This document shows positions 55,182-64,000 of a DNA stretch of 64,000 bases, one piece after another (position 1 is the first letter of the stretch; every line of letters starts with the position of its first letter). The notes below the pieces were generated by a model. That model had not been told where the DNA came from and did no database searches. It saw nothing but the letters and a program-made list of their open reading frames with translations. The translations under genes were made by a program, and so were the position numbers. Source of the DNA: an uncultured Acidobacteriota bacterium (lineage in GTDB: Bacteria > Acidobacteriota > Thermoanaerobaculia > UBA5066 > Gp7-AA6); contig CAWEMP010000014.1 of the NCBI GenBank assembly GCA_963810205.1, positions 49,588 through 113,587 on the forward strand, given 5' to 3'.

Positions 55182-56011
55182 GGTTTTTTCAGCCGCGCGT
55201 CGAAGAACTCGAGCGTTTCCTTCCAGGTCCGGTCCCACTCCTCGCCCTGCCAGCCGTGCTCGGCGCCGAGGATGAACTCGACGCGGCCGGAAACGCCCGC
55301 GGCGGAGAGCTTCTCCATGAGGGCGAAGGCCTGAGTCGGCGGCACGAGCCTGTCCCGCGCGCCCTGGAAGACGAGCACCGGCGCGTCGCCCGCGTTGACA
55401 TACGTGAGCGGCGAGGCTCTCGCCGCCAACTCGGGCTTCTCCGCCGCCGTCGCTCCGATAAGGCACGCGCTGAAGGCCTTGGCCTCGTCGGAAAAGTCTT
55501 TTGCGGCCAGGTTCGTCGGGCCGAAGAAGTCGACGACCGCCGAGACCCCCTCGTTTCTCGGGACCGCGACGCCGAGCATCAGCGCCAGGTGCCCGCCGGC
55601 CGAGAACCCCATCGCGCCGATGCGCGCGGGGTCGATCTTCAGCGTGCCCGCGTTGGCGCGGAGGAACCGGACCGCGGCCTTCATGTCCTCGAGCTGCGCC
55701 GGAAAGGTTTCCTTGGGGCAGAAGCGATACTGCGGCGAGACGGCCACGTAGCCGCGCCGGGCGAAGTCCGCGATCGCCCGGTGGTTCTCTTCGCGCCCCC
55801 CCTCGCGCCAGGCGCCGCCGTGGATCACGAGAACGGCCGGGAACGGGCCGTCGCCCATCGCCGGCTGCGCGATGTCGAGGCGGAGCTCCTCGCCGGCGAC
55901 CGTGGTGTAGGGGATGTCGTAGCTCGTCGAGACGGAAGGGTCGGCGGCGGAGAGCGTGGCCGAGGATGCCAGAGCGGCGAGCAGGGCGAACGACGCGACG
56001 CGGCGAGTCAT
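55178..56011 (-). CDS. Alpha/beta hydrolase (esterase/lipase, HGG type), exported
   Basis: IHGGAW, GFSAGGHLA, D.LVP, H; signal peptide. Confidence 0.9.
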   Translation of the reverse strand: MTRRVASFALLAALASSATLSAADPSVSTSYDIPYTTVAGEELRLDIAQPAMGDGPFPAVLVIHGGAWREGGREENHRAIADFARRGYVAVSPQYRFCPKETFPAQLEDMKAAVRFLRANAGTLKIDPARIGAMGFSAGGHLALMLGVAVPRNEGVSAVVDFFGPTNLAAKDFSDEAKAFSACLIGATAAEKPELAARASPLTYVNAGDAPVLVFQGARDRLVPPTQAFALMEKLSAAGVSGRVEFILGAEHGWQGEEWDRTWKETLEFFDARLKKP

Positions 56012-56077
56012 GAGGGCCTCCGAAGCCGCGCGCCAGCCTATCAGAGGGGTTCACGGCTAGAATCGGCGGCGCGCCCC

Positions 56078-58735
56078 ATGCCTCTCTCCGTCGGGACACG
56101 CCTCGGCCCCTACGAGATTCTCGCGCCGATCGGCGCGGGCGGGATGGGCGAGGTCTACAAAGCGCGCGACACGCGGCTCGATCGCACGGTCGCTGTCAAG
56201 GTCCTGCCCGAGCAACTCTCGGCCTCGCCGGAATCGCGGCAGCGCTTCGAGCGGGAAGCGAAGACCATCTCGCAGCTCTCCCACCCACACATCTGCGCGC
56301 TCCACGACGTCGGCCGCGAGGGCGACACCGAGTACCTCGTCATGGAGTACCTGGAGGGCGAGACGCTCTCGGAGCGGCTCGCCAAGGGACCGCTCGTGCT
56401 CGAGCAGACGCTGCGATACGGGAGCGAGATCGCCGACGCGCTGGAGAAGGCGCACCGGCAGGGCATCGTTCATCGGGACCTGAAGCCCGGCAACGTCATG
56501 ATCACGAAATCGGGCGTCAAGCTCCTCGACTTCGGACTCGCCAAGGCGATGGCGCCTCCGGCGGCGCCCTCCAGCCTGACGGCCCAGCCCACACAGCAGG
56601 GGCTGACTCAGGAAGGCACCATCCTCGGGACCTTCCAGTACATGGCGCCCGAGCAGCTCGAGGGCAGGGACGCCGACGCGCGCACCGACGTCTTCGCCCT
56701 GGGCGCCACGCTGTACGAGATGGCGACGGGCAGGAAGGCCTTCACGGGCTCCACACAGGCCTCGCTCATCTCGGCGATCCTGCGCGACGATCCCCAGCCG
56801 ATCTCCCAGGTTCTGCCCATGATTCCGCCCGCGCTCGATCGCGTCGTGAAGGCCTGCCTGGCCAAGGACCCCGAGGATCGCTGGCAGTCGGCCGGCGACG
56901 TCGGACGACAGCTCAAGTGGATCTCCGAGGGGTCCGCGGCCGGCGTCGTCGCGCCCGCCGCCGTCGTCTCACGGCGAAGGCTCCGCGAACGCGCCGCGTG
57001 GGCCGCGGCCGCGCTGCTCCTCCTCGCAACGCTCTTTCTCGCCAACGAGATGCGCAAGGCCCGCGGCGCGCGGCGGGAAACCGTGCACTCTTTCCTCCTT
57101 CCGCCGGAGCGGACGGCGTTCCGTCTGACCGGCGACGACGCCGCGCCGGTCACGGTCTCGCCCGACGGAGACCGCGTCGTCTACGGCGCCGGCGGCAAGC
57201 TCTGGGTCCAGGCGCTCCGGACGGGCACCGTGACGCCGCTCGCCGGCTCGGAAGGGGCGCGCTTCCCGTTCTGGTCGCCCGACGGGCGATCGATCGGCTT
57301 CTTCGCGGAAGGCAAGCTCCGCAGGATCGACGCGGCCGGAGGGCCCGTGTCGACGCTCTGCGACGCGCCCAACGCCCGGGGGGGAAGCTGGTCGACCTCG
57401 GGCGACATCGTCTTCACGCCGGACATCCGGACCGGCATCCTCCGCGTGTCCGCCTCGGGCGGCCCGCCCCAGGCGGCGACTCGCGTCGACCCGAAGCTGT
57501 ACACCACCCACCGCTGGCCGAGCTTTCTTCCGGATGGCCGACACTTCATCTACCAGGCCACCAACCACAACGAGCCGCGGTCCGAGCGATCCGGCGTCTA
57601 CGTCGGGTCGCTCGATGGCGGCGAGAGCCGGCGCCTGGTCTCGACCTTTGGCGGCGCGCAATACGGGTCCGGCTGGCTCCTGTACACGGCGGACACGAGC
57701 CTGATGGCCCTCCGTTTCGACGCCGCATCGAACACGGTCTCGGGAGAGCCGCTCCGGGTCTTCGACAACGTCCACTACGACGTCGGAGTCTGGCGCGGGA
57801 ACTTCAGCACGTCGCAGAACGGCATCATCGCCTACCAGGTCGCGCAGGCGGGAGTCGGAGGACAGCTGACGTGGCTCGACCTGTCGGGGCGCGTCCTCGG
57901 GAAAATCGGAGAGAAGAGCGAAGCGTACTCGCCGGAGCTCTCGCCCGACGGGCGCCGAGCCGCGGTCGTCCTGGGCGATCCGGCCAACGACGTCTGGATC
58001 TACGACCTCGAGCGCGGAATCCGCACCCGACTGACCAATGGAGCCGTGGCGACGACGGCTCCCCTGTGGTCCCCCGACGGCTCGGAGGTGCTCTACTCGT
58101 CGCAGGCTCAGGCCGGGAGTTTCGTGCTCAGCGCAGTCCGTTCCGACGGGTCCGCGACGCCGCGCGAGATCTACAGATCCACCGAACGGATCGAACCCAC
58201 CGACTGGTCGCGGGACGGCCGCTACGTCCTCGCGACTCGGGGCCAGATCGGCGCCAGCGACATCTGGGTCGTGCCGCTCGCGGACCCGGCCAAGGCCTCG
58301 CCGTTGGTCGCCTCGCCCGCCCCCCTGGACACCAGCGGCCACTTCTCGCCCGACGGCCGCTGGGTCATCTATCGATCGAACGAATCCGGAAGGACGGAGA
58401 TCTACGCGACGCCCTTTCCGGCGGGAGGCGCGCGCTTTCAGATCTCCGCCAACGGAGGCACACAGCCCCGCTGGAGCGCGGACGGGCGCACGGTCTATTT
58501 CGTCTCCCCGGAAAGCGACCTCGTGGCGGCCTCGATCCGGATCAACGGGTCCCGGCTCGAGGTCGAGGAGACGCGCACCCTGTTTCCGGCCAACTTCTAC
58601 GTCGGCCCCCGCGTCGGTCTGTCGGGCTACGACGTGCGCCGGGACGGCAAGGGCTTCCTCGCGTCGAGCGCGGGCGACGTCGGCGCGCCCCGCGTGGCGC
58701 TCGTCGAGAACTGGGACGCGGGGCTGCCGCGCTGA
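56078..58735 (+). CDS. Transmembrane Ser/Thr protein kinase with a TolB-like beta-propeller
   Basis: ATG 56078 MPLSVGTRLGPYEI; [29 protein letters not shown], a TM helix, (W/F)SPDG repeats. Confidence 0.93.
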   Translation: MPLSVGTRLGPYEILAPIGAGGMGEVYKARDTRLDRTVAVKVLPEQLSASPESRQRFEREAKTISQLSHPHICALHDVGREGDTEYLVMEYLEGETLSERLAKGPLVLEQTLRYGSEIADALEKAHRQGIVHRDLKPGNVMITKSGVKLLDFGLAKAMAPPAAPSSLTAQPTQQGLTQEGTILGTFQYMAPEQLEGRDADARTDVFALGATLYEMATGRKAFTGSTQASLISAILRDDPQPISQVLPMIPPALDRVVKACLAKDPEDRWQSAGDVGRQLKWISEGSAAGVVAPAAVVSRRRLRERAAWAAAALLLLATLFLANEMRKARGARRETVHSFLLPPERTAFRLTGDDAAPVTVSPDGDRVVYGAGGKLWVQALRTGTVTPLAGSEGARFPFWSPDGRSIGFFAEGKLRRIDAAGGPVSTLCDAPNARGGSWSTSGDIVFTPDIRTGILRVSASGGPPQAATRVDPKLYTTHRWPSFLPDGRHFIYQATNHNEPRSERSGVYVGSLDGGESRRLVSTFGGAQYGSGWLLYTADTSLMALRFDAASNTVSGEPLRVFDNVHYDVGVWRGNFSTSQNGIIAYQVAQAGVGGQLTWLDLSGRVLGKIGEKSEAYSPELSPDGRRAAVVLGDPANDVWIYDLERGIRTRLTNGAVATTAPLWSPDGSEVLYSSQAQAGSFVLSAVRSDGSATPREIYRSTERIEPTDWSRDGRYVLATRGQIGASDIWVVPLADPAKASPLVASPAPLDTSGHFSPDGRWVIYRSNESGRTEIYATPFPAGGARFQISANGGTQPRWSADGRTVYFVSPESDLVAASIRINGSRLEVEETRTLFPANFYVGPRVGLSGYDVRRDGKGFLASSAGDVGAPRVALVENWDAGLPR

Positions 58736-58782
58736 GGAGTCCGCGGCCGACGGCCGCCGCTCCAGAATAGAATTCCGGCAAC

Positions 58783-61450
58783 GTGACCCTCGCCGCGGGC
58801 TCCCGTCTCGGCCCCTACGAGATCCTCGGCCAGATCGGCGCCGGGGGGATGGGAGAGGTGTACCGGGCGAAGGACCCGCGCCTCTCGCGCGAGGTGGCGA
58901 TCAAGGTGCTCCCGGCGTCCTTCTCCGCGGACGCCGACCGCCTGCGCCGCTTCGAGCAGGAGGCCAAGGCCGCCGGCGTCCTGAACCATCCCAACATCAC
59001 CGCCGTCTACGACATCGGGGAGGTGGACGGCGCGCCCTACGTCGTCCAGGAGCTCCTCGAGGGCGAGACGCTGCGCTCGGTGCTCGCCGGCGGCCGAATC
59101 GCGCAGCGCAAGGCGATCGACTACGCGACCCAGATCGCGCACGGTCTCGCGGCCGCCCACGAGAAGGGCATCGTCCACCGGGACCTGAAGCCCGAGAACC
59201 TCTTCGTCACGAAGGACGGCCGCGTCAAGATCCTCGACTTCGGCCTCGCCAAGCTGACGCAGGTCGGCGAAGGATCGGGACCTCAGACGAACCTCCCCAC
59301 GGCCGCGGGCACCGAGCCCGGCGTCGTCATGGGAACGCTCGGCTACATGTCGCCCGAACAGGTCAAGGGCAAGCCCGCCGACGCGCGGTCCGACATCTTC
59401 TCGTTCGGAGCGATCCTCTACGAGATGCTCTCGGGCAAGAGAGCGTTCCACGCCGACTCCGCCGGCGAGACGATGGCGGCGATCCTCAAGGAGGACCCGC
59501 CGGATCTCTCCGTCACCAACCAGAACATCTCGCCGGGTCTCGAGCGGATCGTCCGCCACTGCCTCGAGAAGAACCCCGAGCAGCGCTTCCACTCCGCCCA
59601 CGATCTGGGATTCGACCTCGCCGCGCTCTCGGGGACCACCGGACAGATGGCGGCAACGCCCGCCCGCCGCCGACTCCGGCTCATGCCGGCGGCTCTCGTC
59701 GTCCTCGGCGCGCTCGCGGGCGCGGCGGCCGCGTACTTCGCGCTGCGCGGGGCGAAGCCCGCTCAAGGAACCGGGGCGCTCGACGGCGCGACGTTCCGCC
59801 GCCTCACGAACCTCTCCGGCGCCGAGACCTCGCCGACTCTGTCGCCGGACGGCCAGACGGTCGCCTTCACCCACCGCGCCGGCAGCAAAACCGATATCTG
59901 GGTCCAGCGGGCCGGCGGACGGAATCCGATCGACCTGACTCCCGACTGCGATCGCGACAGCTATACCCCGGCCTTCTCGCCGGACGGGAACCTCATCGCC
60001 TACGGCTCGCAATGCGGCGACCGCGGCCTCTTCGTCATGGGCGCCACGGGGGAGAGCGCGAGGCGGCTGACGAACGTCGGCTCGAGCCCGGCCTGGTCGC
60101 CCGACGGAAAGGAGATCGTTTACGCGACCGAGCTCGTCATCCTGCCCTACGGCCGGACGGGGACGAGCCAGCTCTGGTCGATCGACGTCGCCAGCGGCAA
60201 GACGCGCAGGCTTTCCGGCGACGTCGACGCCATTCAGCCGGCCGTTTCGCCCCACGGGCTTCGCATCGCGTACTGGGGCCTGCCTGCCGCCGGCAGCCAG
60301 CGCGACATCTGGACCATGCCGTACAAGGGCCTCGCAACCGGAGAAAAGCCGGTCCCCGTCACGCAGGACCCGGCGATCGACTGGTACCCGACCTGGAGCC
60401 CGAACGGACGGACGCTCTATTTCCTGTCCAATCGAAGCGGCTCGATGAACCTCTGGAAGGTTCCGATCGACGAAGCCACCGGACGGCCGCTCGGCCCGCC
60501 CGAGGCGGAGCTCCTTCCGGCGCGCGAAGTGGGCGGCTTCGCGCTCTCGCGGGACGGGCGCCGCGCGGCCTACGTCGTGCGCGAAAACACCCATTCGATC
60601 GATCGTCTCGTGTTCGATGCCGTCTCGGGGAAGCTCTCGGGCAAGCCCGAGCAGATCCTCGGCGGCTCGCAGGAGATGGCGGACATCGACGTCTCCCCCG
60701 ATGGAAGCGTCATCGCCTTCGACTCCCGCGGCGCCGCCCAGGACGACCTCTTCCTCGTCGAAAGCAACGGCAAGAACCTGCGGCAGATCACCGACGACGT
60801 CCCGAAAGACCGCGGCCCGAGCTTCTCCCCCGACGGAAAGCGCATCGCGTTCCATTCCGACCGCGGCGGCCGCTACCAGATCTGGACGGTCGGGCGCGAC
60901 GGCAGCGGCCTGAAGCCGCTCACGCAGGCGACCGATCTGATCATCGAGGCCGCGTGGTCTCCGGACGGCCGAGCCATTTCTACCAACAGCGGCCACGGCA
61001 GCTCGATCATCCGTTTCGACGACTCGGGCGCCGCCGCGCGCATCGAGGCTATCCCGCCTCCCGCTCCCGAGACGTTTTTCGATCCCCTCGCCTGGTCGCC
61101 CGACGGAAAGACGCTGGCCGGCTCCGTGATCCGGCTCCCGGACCTCGTCAGCCAGTCGCTCGCCGTCTACTCGCCGGGACAGGGAGCCGTCGTTCGCCCC
61201 GTTCACGGAACCGAGTCGATCGGGCGCGTCCGCCGGGCGCGTTTCTCGGAACGCATTTCCTCCTCTACGTGGACCGCGACCTGCACGTCGCGGACCTCGA
61301 CTCGGGGGAGGACCACGTCGTCCTCGAGCGGCCCACGAACGGCGGCTTCCAGGACGTCACGTGCGTTCGGGGGGCGGGCACGTGCTACGTCGAGCGCACG
61401 AGCGACAACGCCGACATCTGGCAGATGACACTGCCGGAGCGCCCAAGTGA
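58783..61450 (+). CDS. Transmembrane Ser/Thr protein kinase with a TolB-like beta-propeller; apparent frameshifts near 61245 and 61443
   Basis: Canonical kinase motifs and SPDG repeats. The C-terminus (FLLYVDRD...[13 protein letters not shown]) is in another frame, with the likely stop TGA at 61448-61450. Confidence 0.88.
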
Positions 61451-61548
61451 CACTCGCCGCCGGCTCGAGGCTCGGTCCGTACGAGATCCTCGGCCTGATC
61501 GGCACCCTGACGAACTCGGACCGCTTCGTCGCCACGGGCCGGAAGTAG
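61447..61548 (+). pseudogene. Internally deleted kinase remnant (33 codons)
   Basis: GTG 61447: [19 protein letters not shown] (18 of 19 residues identical to the start of the 58783 kinase) joined to TLTNSDRFVATGRK-stop, which resembles the C-terminus of this kinase class (compare MYSVSGLK-stop at 17299). Confidence 0.72.
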
Positions 61549-61563
61549 AAGCAGAGGAAGACC

Positions 61564-62969
61564 ATGGCCCTCGAACGCGCCCTCAAGACCAAGGACATCG
61601 TCCTCTTCAACGTCGCCGCGATCGTCGGCATGCGCTGGATCGCGCTGGCGGCGGCCAACGGCCCGTCCTCCCTCCTCCTGTGGGTGCTCGCCGCCGTCGC
61701 GTTCTTCATCCCGCAGGGCTTCGCCGTCACCGCGCTCGCCTCGGCGATCCCGGAGGAGGGCGGGCTCTACGTCTGGACGAAGCGGGCCTTCGGCGAGCGG
61801 CACGGCTTCATGTCGGGCTGGCTCTACTGGGCCAACAACGTCCTCTATTTCCCGACGCTGACGCTGTCGACGGTCGTTTTCGCTCTCTACGCTTTCGGAC
61901 TGCGATTCGCCCACCTGGAGCAGAGCCCCGTGTACGCGGCGGGCGCTTCGCTGGTGCTCCTGACGGTCGCGCTCGTCTTCAACATCGTCGGGATGAAGTC
62001 CGGCCGCTGGGTTCAGAACATCGGCGGGCTCGCGCAATGGATCCCGTCGGCGGCGCTGCTTCTCGTGGGCCTCGTGGCGCTCAGCCGTTTCGGCTCGGCC
62101 ACACCGATCACCGCCGGATCGCTGATGCCGAACTTCGCGAGCCTTCCGACGGTCCTGTTTTTCGCCAATCTCTGTTTCGGATTCGCCGGACTCGAGCTCG
62201 CGCCGATCCTCGCCGGGGAAGTCATCGAGCCGCGCCGGACGTTCCCGCGCGCGATCGTCGTGTCGGGGCTGACCATCGCCGCCTGTTACCTCCTCGGCAC
62301 GATCTCGCTCCTGTGGGCGCTGCCGCCGAGCGAGACTCGATCATCTCGGGCGTCAACCAGGCCGTGACGAAGGCCGGCGCGAAGATCGGCCTGCCCTGGC
62401 TCGGGCCCCCGACCGCGATCCTCATGACGCTCGCCGGCCTCGGCGGCGTCGGCGCGTGGCTGGTGGGCTCCGCGCGGCTGCTCTTCGTCGGGGGCCTCGA
62501 CCGGTATCTTCCCCCGATCTTCGGACGTACGCACCCGAAGTGGAAGACGCCCTGGTTCGCCCTGCTTTTCCAGGCGGGGCTCTCGGCCCTTTTCATCCTC
62601 GCGGCGACGCAGGGCGACACCGTCAAGGGCGCCTATCTGAAGCTCGTCAACGCGACGCTCATCGTCTACTTCCTGCCCTACCTCTACATGTTCGCCGCCG
62701 CGATCAAGCTGCGGCTCGACATCGCCCGAGAGCCCGGCGGCGTGCCCATTCCGGGGGGCGCGACGGGAAGCTACCTGTGGAACGGCCTCGGGTTCGTGAC
62801 GACGATCGTCGCGATCGTGCTGGCGCTCATTCCTCCGGCGGACTCGACGGATCGAACGGGCTTTTTCGTCCAGGTCTCCGTCGGCTCCTTCGGCTTCGTC
62901 GTCGCCGGCTTCGTCCTCTACGCCCTCGCCGAGCGGCGGCGCCGGCGCACCGAGGCCATGGCCGCCTGA
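61564..62969 (+). CDS. APC family amino acid permease; apparent frameshift near 62335
   Basis: AIVGMRWI, PEEGGLYVW...AFG, FGFAGLE, P.RTFPRAI. It continues in the next frame with ARLLF.GG.D..LP..F...HP.W.TP. Confidence 0.88.
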
Positions 62970-63005
62970 CCGGGCGATAGAATCCGGGCCATTCCCGGAG
63001 GGTCA

Positions 63006-64000
63006 TTGAGCCTCGCCATCGGCACCCGCCTCGGCCCGTACGAGATCCTGTCGCCACTCGGCGCAGGCGGGATGGGCGAGGTGTACAAGGCGAAGGACAC
63101 GCGGCTCGACCGAACCGTGGCCGTCAAGGTGCTCAAGCTGGACGTCTCATCGACTCCGGAGGCACACCAGCGCTTCGATCGCGAGGCAAAGACGATCTCG
63201 CAGCTCTCCCATCCGCACATCTGCGCGCTGTACGACGTGGGCCGGGTTGGCGAGACCGAGTACCTGGTCATGGAGCTGCTCGAAGGGGAAACGCTAGCGG
63301 CGCGCCTCACAGGGGGCGCTCTGCCGCTCGATCAGACTCTGCGCTATGGCGTCGAGATTGCCGGAGCGCTCGATCACGCGCACCGTCACGGCATCGTCCA
63401 TCGAGACCTGAAGCCGGGAAACGTAATGCTGACAAAGTCGGGCATCAAGCTCTTGGACTTTGGGCTGGCGAAGCTGCAGGCGCTATCCGGGCCCGTGGAT
63501 TCCTCAGGCTCGCAGCTTGCCACAGCCGGGGCCCCGCTGACGACCGAGGGGACGCTCGTCGGGACCCTCCAGTACATGGCTCCGGAACAACTGGAGGGCG
63601 AGGAGGCCGACGCACGGAGCGATGTTTTCGCCTTCGGAGCGGTGCTCTACGAGATGGCGACTGGACGGAGGGCCTTTTCGGCAGCGAGTCGTGCATCGTT
63701 GATAACGGCGATCATGTCTTCCGATCCAGCGCCGATCTCCACGATCCGCCCGATGACCCCGCCCGCGCTCGACCGCGCAGTAAAGAAGTGTCTCGCCAGG
63801 GACCGGGACGACCGCTGGCAGTCCGCCGCCGACCTGGAGAGCGAGTTGAAATGGATCGGAGAGTCCACGGTGCCGAACGTCGCCCCGGCAGCCCTGGGGC
63901 GGCGCGGCATGCGGAATCGGCTGTCCTGGGCTACGGCGGGTTTCTTTTTTTTCTCCACGCTCGCCCTGACGGTCGCGATCGCCTCCCGGGGTCGTTCTTC
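63006..64000 (+). CDS. Ser/Thr protein kinase, running off the window end
   Basis: GGAGGG RBS, TTG 63006: [51 protein letters not shown], then the start of a TM helix. Confidence 0.9.
   Translation, partial: MSLAIGTRLGPYEILSPLGAGGMGEVYKAKDTRLDRTVAVKVLKLDVSSTPEAHQRFDREAKTISQLSHPHICALYDVGRVGETEYLVMELLEGETLAARLTGGALPLDQTLRYGVEIAGALDHAHRHGIVHRDLKPGNVMLTKSGIKLLDFGLAKLQALSGPVDSSGSQLATAGAPLTTEGTLVGTLQYMAPEQLEGEEADARSDVFAFGAVLYEMATGRRAFSAASRASLITAIMSSDPAPISTIRPMTPPALDRAVKKCLARDRDDRWQSAADLESELKWIGESTVPNVAPAALGRRGMRNRLSWATAGFFFFSTLALTVAIASRGRS

Overview
A high-GC bacterial chromosomal segment. The many transmembrane Ser/Thr kinases with TolB-like propellers, the Cys-containing SLH repeats and the BNR-repeat hydrolases suggest Acidobacteriota (Thermoanaerobaculia-like); this is inference, not a lookup. 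About a dozen isolated single-base frameshifts in otherwise intact genes look like long-read or assembly indels. In order, the window holds: corA; an S9 peptidase; an ATP-grasp / carboxylate-amine ligase / M29 peptidase / esterase cluster; tRNA-Pro(TGG) followed by a more AT-rich mosaic (chimeric SLH gene, decayed kinase, near-perfect 5x150 bp tachylectin-like propeller ending in an attC-like hairpin); a kinase, an unannotated 42-aa peptide and a SagB-type dehydrogenase; an exported atypical kinase, an NTT-HEAT nucleotide transporter and an exported Shewanella-like phosphatase; a feoB locus; a collagen-like protein; MMPL and MFS transporters; tRNA-Arg(TCT) with tRNA-linked repeats; a peptidase-rich block; and three more kinases. 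The two strongest novelty candidates are a putative extracytoplasmic ATP-supply / kinase / phosphatase module (20400-25474) and a YcaO-less precursor peptide plus SagB-like oxidase RiPP locus (16067-17272). All family calls come from motifs recognised by eye; no searches were run.
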